Origin: a virus
DNA: 64,000 nucleotides
Strand: one strand, 5' to 3'
Virus record (IMG/VR): IMGVR_UViG_3300013103_000005
Location: 12,117-76,116 of that record
In this document: piece after piece, positions 58,177 to 64,000 of the stretch
Layout of the letters: each line of letters begins with the position of its first letter
Position numbering within the stretch: position 1 is the first letter of the stretch
Notes under the pieces: model-generated
Told to the model about the DNA's origin: nothing
Databases searched by the model: none
Seen by the model: only the letters and a program-made list of their open reading frames with translations
Translations under genes and position numbers: made by a program

Positions 58177-59148
58177 ATGTCTCACAATATAGAAATAAGA
58201 AATGGAAGGGCTATGACTTTTTCAGTTGGGGAGGTCCCTTGGCACGGATTGGGTAAGGTGTTAGAGAATCCCTTGACCGCTAAGGAAGCAATAAAAGAAG
58301 CAGGGTTAGATTGGGAGGTGGTTCTTGAACCTTTAATTACCAAAAATACAAGAAGAGAAGTAACCTTTAAGAAAGCAGTGGTGAGAACTGACTACAATGA
58401 GGTTTTGGGAGTTGTAGGAAATATTTATACCCCAATTCAAAATTCTGAGGCTTTCGACTTCTTTGATTCGGTAGTAGGAGAAGGACAAGCTATATATCAT
58501 ACCGCAGGTTCTTTACAGAATGGTAAAAGAATTTGGATACTTGCTAAACTAACAGGTTCTCCGATAACCGTTACTAAATCTGATGTTGTAGAAAAATATT
58601 TGTTACTGACCAATTCCCACGATGGTAGTAGTGCCTTGAGAATGTTCTTTACTCCTGTAAGGGTAGTTTGTAATAATACTCTAAATGTAGCTTTACAAAA
58701 AGGGGTAAGAGAAGGAATATCTATAAGACATTCTACAAATATAAAACAGAAAGTCCAGGAAGCAAGAAGAGTTTTAGGTATATCATTAAAGTATTATGAA
58801 GTATTTCAAGACCAAGTAAAATTATTATCAAAGAAATCTATTACACAATCTATACTTAATGATTATTTAAGAGAGCTATTTCCTACTAACAAAGAAGCTT
58901 TTGACGATACGAGGGTATTAAATATGAGAGCAGAAGTAGAAGAAGTGTTTAATAGTCCTAGAAATACCTTACCAGGAATTAGAGGAACCGCTTGGGCAAT
59001 GTTTAACGCGGTAGCAGAATATGCTGACCATTGGAAGACCTTTAGAGGCGGTAGTGCTGATAATAGATTAAGAAGTATATGGTTTGGTAGTTCTGCTAGA
59101 CTAAAACAAAAGGCGTTTGAGAAGGCTTTGGAGATAGCAAAAGTTTAA
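58177..59148 (+). CDS. DUF932/DUF945-family phage protein
   Basis: PWHGLG, AGLDWEV, YTPIQN, NSHDGS, RVVCNNTL, GTAWAMFNAVAEY. Confidence 0.88.
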   Translation: MSHNIEIRNGRAMTFSVGEVPWHGLGKVLENPLTAKEAIKEAGLDWEVVLEPLITKNTRREVTFKKAVVRTDYNEVLGVVGNIYTPIQNSEAFDFFDSVVGEGQAIYHTAGSLQNGKRIWILAKLTGSPITVTKSDVVEKYLLLTNSHDGSSALRMFFTPVRVVCNNTLNVALQKGVREGISIRHSTNIKQKVQEARRVLGISLKYYEVFQDQVKLLSKKSITQSILNDYLRELFPTNKEAFDDTRVLNMRAEVEEVFNSPRNTLPGIRGTAWAMFNAVAEYADHWKTFRGGSADNRLRSIWFGSSARLKQKAFEKALEIAKV

Positions 59149-59162
59149 CGCGTTAAACTTTT
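59139..59162. repeat. Palindrome copy 24
   Basis: AAAAGTTTAACGCGTTAAACTTTT. Confidence 0.98.
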
Positions 59163-59181
59163 TGGGAGGAGGTGAACTAAA

Positions 59182-59343
59182 ATGAAGAAAGCAATATGTG
59201 TAAAATTGTCTGAGAATTTATTAAAGCAAATAAGGGAAGCCGTAAAGAAATATAATTTTTCGAGTCAAAATAATTTTATCGAGACGTCTATAATTAAACA
59301 TTTACAGGAATTAAATATGAAATTTCCTAAGAAAAATTTTTAA
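59182..59343 (+). CDS. Ribbon-helix-helix (CopG/NikR-like) DNA-binding protein (absent from ORF track)
   Basis: GGAGGTG RBS; MKKAICVKLSENLLKQIREAVKKYNFSSQNNFIETSIIKHL. Confidence 0.7.
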   Translation: MKKAICVKLSENLLKQIREAVKKYNFSSQNNFIETSIIKHLQELNMKFPKKNF

Positions 59344-59416
59344 AAATTTTATTAAAAATTTAAAAATTTGTATATAATAAAAATAACAGAAATTAAATTA
59401 TTAGGACAGAAAGGAG

Positions 59417-59839
59417 GTGGTTATGGCTAATGATGAGGTTTTTAAAGAAATCGATTTTGCTTGTAGGACGGTTCAGAAAATGTTTAGGAGATACGATGAG
59501 GATACATATCAAGACCTTTGGGTGATAGTGTTAGATAAAAAACTCGTGAATAAATACGACCCAAGTCAAGGTGTTAAACTAAATACCTTTATTACCCATT
59601 GTCTCAAAAACTTTATGATAATTAAGCTTAAAAAGGAAAATAATATTAGCTCTAAAGAGCTTCAAATGTCTTCCCTAGAAAAGGAAGACGAAGATTTTAT
59701 ATTTAATGTTTACCAAACAGATGCGGATTTACCAGAGATTTTAGAAGGTTTGGAATATTATCCCAAAAAGTTCAAAGATTGGGGATTAACCGGTAGTGAT
59801 TTTAAGGGTAGAGGTGTTATACATTATAACCGTTTTTAA
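59417..59839 (+). CDS. Sigma-70 region-2-like protein
   Basis: EDTYQDLW...KYDPSQGVKLNTFITHCLKN resembles region 2 (FDPxxGxKFSTY). Confidence 0.65.
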   Translation: MVMANDEVFKEIDFACRTVQKMFRRYDEDTYQDLWVIVLDKKLVNKYDPSQGVKLNTFITHCLKNFMIIKLKKENNISSKELQMSSLEKEDEDFIFNVYQTDADLPEILEGLEYYPKKFKDWGLTGSDFKGRGVIHYNRF

Positions 59840-59845
59840 GGAGGG

Positions 59846-60820
59846 ATGTTTATGGCTAAAAATAATAAAGCTAAGGAAGAAACAATTAATCTAGAGGAAC
59901 TGGAATTAGAGGAAGGGTTGGACGAATTAAATGTTGAGGAGGAGCCCGAACCTAGACGCAAGAAAAATGGGAAATCTAATGGTAAAGTAAAAAATGGTAA
60001 ATCTAAGAACGGAAATGGAAAGCAGGGAGAAAACAAATCGGGAGTAGCTGAAGGCGACGATATTGTAGAAATTAAGATTGATGATTACTTAGATAAGTCT
60101 TTTAATTTGAGAGAGGATACCCCAGTAGATGATTTGATTAATTCTATAAAGCAAAAAGGTTTGATTCATTTACCCGTGGTGAGTTCTAATGGAAAGTTAT
60201 TAGACGGGCAAAGAAGATTACTTGCATTGAAAAAGTTAGGTTATAAGACAATTAAGGCGAGGGTTTTATATGAGGAGGATGAAGGAGACCAGTTTTTGAT
60301 TTCCCTTATATCTAATGAAGCTAGGAAAGATTTAGACGAATTGGAAAAGGCATCCGCTTATCAAAAAGCACTTGATTCCGGTTATGTTAAAAGTCAAAAG
60401 GAATTAGCAGATTTGTTAGGTTTATCTAAGGGAAGGGTAAGTCAAATATTATCCTTACTAAACCCCGATAAAATAGATGAAGAAGCTTTAGAAGAAATAA
60501 AAGAAGAGGTTTCCGCTTCAAAAGCAAGAGCTTTGAAGAAAGCCCCTAAGGAGAAACAGAAAGAAGTGGCAAAGAAAATTAAATCTGGTGCAAAGGTATC
60601 TGGCGCTAAGTTTGTTCAAAGAATACCTAAAACTGAACTCCCTGAGAATGTTAAGATAGAGGTTAACCCAGATGCCGTGATTATTACTTTTAAAATACCA
60701 GAAGGAACTAAAACTATGGAAGGGTTCGATTTGGTTAAGGTAATTAAGGATAAGCTTAAGGAATTCGATCCTTCAATTAATGATGTAATAAAATTGGCTA
60801 GAAAGCAGGTACTCGTATAA
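59846..60820 (+). CDS. parB: ParB/Spo0J-family protein with HTH
   Basis: SIKQKGLIHLP...DGQRR...SNEARKDL...SQKELADLLGLSKGRVSQIL. Confidence 0.88.
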   Translation: MFMAKNNKAKEETINLEELELEEGLDELNVEEEPEPRRKKNGKSNGKVKNGKSKNGNGKQGENKSGVAEGDDIVEIKIDDYLDKSFNLREDTPVDDLINSIKQKGLIHLPVVSSNGKLLDGQRRLLALKKLGYKTIKARVLYEEDEGDQFLISLISNEARKDLDELEKASAYQKALDSGYVKSQKELADLLGLSKGRVSQILSLLNPDKIDEEALEEIKEEVSASKARALKKAPKEKQKEVAKKIKSGAKVSGAKFVQRIPKTELPENVKIEVNPDAVIITFKIPEGTKTMEGFDLVKVIKDKLKEFDPSINDVIKLARKQVLV

Positions 60821-61293
60821 TGAATAAAGAAAGATTTATAGACCGTTTACAAAGGATTTCTAGGGTTCGCCTCTTTAAAGATATTACAGAGGCGAGCCCC
60901 GAATCTTTTTCTCAAAAAGTTTATGAAGTAGTAACTGCTCATAGTAAAGCAGTTGAGTTATTAAACTTAGCTTTGAAATGGAGACAGGAAACTAAATTAG
61001 AATATGAAGACTTGAAGTCTTTAACTAAACTTCAAAGGACTAAATTGATGATTGAGGATGAGTTTGTAAACGATGGTAATAAAAATGAAAAGAAAGATAG
61101 GTGTGAATATCAAATGAGGGGTTTAATTAGGAATCTAGATGAAAAGAAAAATGAGTTGGAAGAGTACGAGGCTCTCGTTGAAATGGCTAGAAATGTTGTT
61201 AAAGATGCAGAAATAAGAAAGCAAGGCCTTAATCAACAATTAGCATTATATAAAATAAAAACAGAGGTTGAAGTTGAGTTTGGAGAGGTTTAA
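60820..61293 (+). CDS. Coiled-coil hypothetical protein (UvsY-like context)
   Basis: Helical; next to SSB-like and RecA genes. Confidence 0.45.
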   Translation: MNKERFIDRLQRISRVRLFKDITEASPESFSQKVYEVVTAHSKAVELLNLALKWRQETKLEYEDLKSLTKLQRTKLMIEDEFVNDGNKNEKKDRCEYQMRGLIRNLDEKKNELEEYEALVEMARNVVKDAEIRKQGLNQQLALYKIKTEVEVEFGEV

Positions 61294-61303
61294 CGCGTTA
61301 AAC
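61288..61303. repeat. Palindrome copy 25
   Basis: GTTTAACGCGTTAAAC. Confidence 0.95.
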
Positions 61304-61327
61304 TTTATTTATGAAAGGAGGTAGTTT

Positions 61328-62293
61328 ATGGCACAAAAAATAGAATGGGGCGATGAATCGGCAATAGGAGGATATACCCAATTTTATAGACCAACTAAAG
61401 CAACTTATGATAGGATTAGGATTTTAGGTTCTCCATTAGTTTACTATATGCACTTCAATCCTAAGACACAAAGGAATGAAAGATGTACAGAAGACGAGGA
61501 TTGTAAGTGGTGTAAGAAAGGACACGAACCTACAAAGAAGTTTGGTTGTATGATAGCCCTAATAGCTCAAATCAAGCCTCAAGATTTTGTAGCAAAGAGA
61601 AAGTGGAAACCCGTTTATGATGAATCAGTTCCTGAAGATAAATCCAAAAAAGAAAGATTAGGTAGAATAATGAAATGGCGTTTTGGTATGGATAAGATGT
61701 TATCTATTGCTCAAGAAATAAGAAAGTATGCTAATGAACATAATGTTAGTATGGAAGAGGCCAGGAAAGTATTACTATCTAAAGATTGGTTAGTTCAGTG
61801 TTCTGATGAGCAAAAGCAAACTTTAATCCTGACCCCTTTATTGAAGGAGAAGTCTTTGTTAGCTGGTAATAAGGCCTTTCTTAAAAGATTTGAAGAACAT
61901 AAGGATGATATGGAGAAGTTCCTTGATAACGAATTAAAGAGATTAAAACAGGATACCGAGGAGGATTTGGAAGAAGAATTCTTTGAAGATGAGGACTTAG
62001 AACAAGAAGATTTAGAGGATGAAGATTTAGAGGAAAGTGAAGGAGAAGATGAATTAGAAGAAGAGGAAGATGAGTTAGAAAGCGAAGAAGAAACCGAAGA
62101 TGAAGAAGATGAAGACGAGGAAGAAGATGAAGACGAATTAGGAGACGAAGATGATGAAGATGAGGAAGAAGAGGGCGAGGAGGATGAAGAAGAGGATGAC
62201 CTAGACGAATTCGATGATTTAGAAGAGGAAGAAGAGGAAGAAGAGGAAGAAGAGGAAGTTAGACCTAAAAGGAAGAAAGGTAGGAGGAAGTAG
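61328..62293 (+). CDS. Putative single-stranded DNA-binding protein (gp32-like) with very long acidic tail
   Basis: RIRIL...HF...C...CKWC; ~100-aa D/E tail. Confidence 0.6.
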   Translation: MAQKIEWGDESAIGGYTQFYRPTKATYDRIRILGSPLVYYMHFNPKTQRNERCTEDEDCKWCKKGHEPTKKFGCMIALIAQIKPQDFVAKRKWKPVYDESVPEDKSKKERLGRIMKWRFGMDKMLSIAQEIRKYANEHNVSMEEARKVLLSKDWLVQCSDEQKQTLILTPLLKEKSLLAGNKAFLKRFEEHKDDMEKFLDNELKRLKQDTEEDLEEEFFEDEDLEQEDLEDEDLEESEGEDELEEEEDELESEEETEDEEDEDEEEDEDELGDEDDEDEEEEGEEDEEEDDLDEFDDLEEEEEEEEEEEEVRPKRKKGRRK

Positions 62294-62321
62294 GCTTTAA
62301 TGCCTACTTCTTTCTTTCTTT
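62287..62321 (+). terminator. Rho-independent terminator
   Basis: GAAGTAGGC-tttaat-GCCTACTTC-TTTCTTTCTTT. Confidence 0.75.
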
Positions 62322-62790
62322 GAAGGAGTTGTTTATGTTAATATTAGCTATAGACCCTGGGATTAAAGGAGCTGTAGCAGTTTATAATGATATTTACGAT
62401 GAAGTGAGTGTCTATACACCTTCTGAATCTCAAAGAATGATTTGTGATTTTTTAGACTCTCTAGATAAATCCCAAGGAATAAAAGCATATATAGAAAAAG
62501 TACATTCAATGCCCAAGGAAGGCGTTAAATCGGTTTGGACTTTTTCAGGAAATTATCATAGTTGGACTATGGGATTTATTTGTTTTGAGATTCCTTTTGA
62601 AGAAATAGCTCCTAGAGAATGGCAGTCTTATATAAAGTTCTTGCCTAAGGAAAAGAAAGCTAGAAAATTAGAAATTAAAAGACAAATGGAAAATTTGTAT
62701 CCTCATCTTAAAGTAACTTTACAAAATGCAGATGCTTTGGCGATACTAACTGCTGTTTTAAGAAGGGAGAAATATGGCAAAAAAGAATGA
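62320..62790 (+). CDS. RuvC-like Holliday junction resolvase
   Basis: ILAIDPG, YIEKV, PREWQ, ADALAI. Confidence 0.8.
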   Translation: MKELFMLILAIDPGIKGAVAVYNDIYDEVSVYTPSESQRMICDFLDSLDKSQGIKAYIEKVHSMPKEGVKSVWTFSGNYHSWTMGFICFEIPFEEIAPREWQSYIKFLPKEKKARKLEIKRQMENLYPHLKVTLQNADALAILTAVLRREKYGKKE

Positions 62791-63754
62791 AGTAATCGAT
62801 GAAGTTATTAAAGCCCTAAATAAAAAATATCATAATGCTATTATAACAGAAAGAACTAGGTATGAGTTTTATCCATCTGGAATAGTTCAATGGGATGCTT
62901 TTATAGGGGGATTACCTAAAGGAACTCTTATAGAAATATTTGGGGATGAGGAAGTAGGTAAAACTACATTAGCTTTGACTTTTTGCGGGGCTATTCAAAA
63001 AGCAGACCCCAAAAGGAAAATACTTTATTGTGATTTTGAGGATGTTATTGATTTAGGTTATGCTGGAAGAATATGCGATACCTCTAGCAAATCCTTTATT
63101 TTAGCTCAACCTGAATCTTTAGAGGAGGGATGGAATTTAATATTAGATGTGTTAGAACAAATCCCGGTAAGTTGTATTGTTGTAGATAGCGTAGCTGCTA
63201 TGGTGCCCGAAGCAGAATTAGACGGTGATATGACAAAAGACCAAATAGGTTTATTACCTAGAAAGGTAGGTCAAGCATTAAGAAAGTCCTTAGGCTTAAT
63301 AAGAAGAAAGAAAGTAGTAGCAATTTTCATAAATCAAACTAGGTTAAAGATAGGGGTTTTGTTTGGAGACCCCGAGACTACACCTGGAGGAAAATCTATC
63401 AAGTTCAGGGCGGCTATTAGGGCTAGATTAACTAAGACGAATTCTCAAAAATACATCCCGAAGGGTTTTGAATATGCAGAACTTTGTAGGTGTAAATTAG
63501 TCAAAAATAAAATCACGGGAAGAAAGACAACATTTGAATGGTTGGTTGCGCCTGATTTAGGGATTATCAGAGAGGAAGAAATATTAAGGGCCGCTTTGAA
63601 TTATAGGATATTGGAAGAAATTACAGAAAGAAAAGGAAAAGGGTTTTATTATAAAGGGAATCATTTGGGGAAAACCAGGTTAGAGGTGGTGGAAAGGGTA
63701 TTTAGGGACGAAAAGAATTATCAGAAGATTTATAAAGAAATAATGGAGGTATGA
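62774..63754 (+). CDS. recA: RecA/UvsX recombinase
   Basis: GGLPKG...EIFGDEEVGKTT, VDSVAAMVP, FINQTR, ETTPGG, KNK. Confidence 0.95.
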   Translation: MAKKNEVIDEVIKALNKKYHNAIITERTRYEFYPSGIVQWDAFIGGLPKGTLIEIFGDEEVGKTTLALTFCGAIQKADPKRKILYCDFEDVIDLGYAGRICDTSSKSFILAQPESLEEGWNLILDVLEQIPVSCIVVDSVAAMVPEAELDGDMTKDQIGLLPRKVGQALRKSLGLIRRKKVVAIFINQTRLKIGVLFGDPETTPGGKSIKFRAAIRARLTKTNSQKYIPKGFEYAELCRCKLVKNKITGRKTTFEWLVAPDLGIIREEEILRAALNYRILEEITERKGKGFYYKGNHLGKTRLEVVERVFRDEKNYQKIYKEIMEV

Positions 63755-63987
63755 AAAAATTAAGGTTGCCAGAAGAATTTTGTAAATACAAAGATTGCCC
63801 GAGATATAGACAAATAAAGGTAGGAGAATTTAGAAAACTTTATGAAAGGAATCCCGAACATTTTATAAATAGATGCAAGGAAAATTGTTTATTTAGTGCT
63901 ATGGACTATTATTTATGGACTTTGGAGAGAAAAAGAAATGTTAAAACAAATAAGAAGAATAAAGGCAAGAAATTATCGTTCGTTTAA
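63751..63987 (+). CDS. Hypothetical protein
   Basis: GGAGG RBS; four Cys. Confidence 0.5.
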   Translation: MKKLRLPEEFCKYKDCPRYRQIKVGEFRKLYERNPEHFINRCKENCLFSAMDYYLWTLERKRNVKTNKKNKGKKLSFV

Positions 63988-64000
63988 GGAGTTAGAAATA

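Noticed and set aside
59001-59010. GTTTAACGCG half-site in DUF932 (and GTGTTAAACT at 59571)
   Set aside because: Half-sites only; explained by coding sequence (FNAV) or chance, so not counted as copies
3478-61303. Palindromes as a CRISPR array or as ordinary intrinsic terminators
   Set aside because: Spacing is irregular (about 0.3-8 kb) with genes between copies and no cas genes; stems are AT-rich, identical in sequence, sometimes mid-gene, and distinct GC-rich terminators exist
1-64000. tRNA, rRNA, intron, intein or integrase
   Set aside because: None recognisable by eye; PolA, DnaB and RecA have no large insertions

Overview
The window is 64 kb of an AT-rich, large contractile-tailed (myovirus-like) phage genome, with essentially all genes on the + strand. 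Order: neck/tail/baseplate/fibre module (1-34130, with a lysis-like cassette at ~28.9-31.4 kb); replication and DNA-modification module (34173-49474: SNF2 helicase, 5'-3' exonuclease, PCNA-like clamp, RFC-like loader, ParB-N, two radical SAM enzymes, T4 beta-glucosyltransferase-like protein, UDG-PolA fusion, amino-methyltransferase, DnaB, primase zinc finger); an AT-rich promoter and a ~480-nt highly structured leader (49.5-50.15 kb); small early genes including an AcrIII-1/DUF1874-like ring nuclease and a JAB/RadC protein; then RHH, sigma-like, ParB, SSB-like, RuvC-like and RecA genes. Strong GGAGG ribosome-binding sites, a sigma70-type promoter and a lipoprotein point to a bacterial host. 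Two features stand out: (1) 25 dispersed copies of the palindrome (AAA)GTTTAACGCGTTAAAC(TTT), 20 of them on or immediately after stop codons, across all modules; (2) a candidate new DNA hypermodification pathway (ParB-N, radical SAM, B12 radical SAM, BGT-like). All protein calls come from motifs and gene order read by eye; no database search was run.
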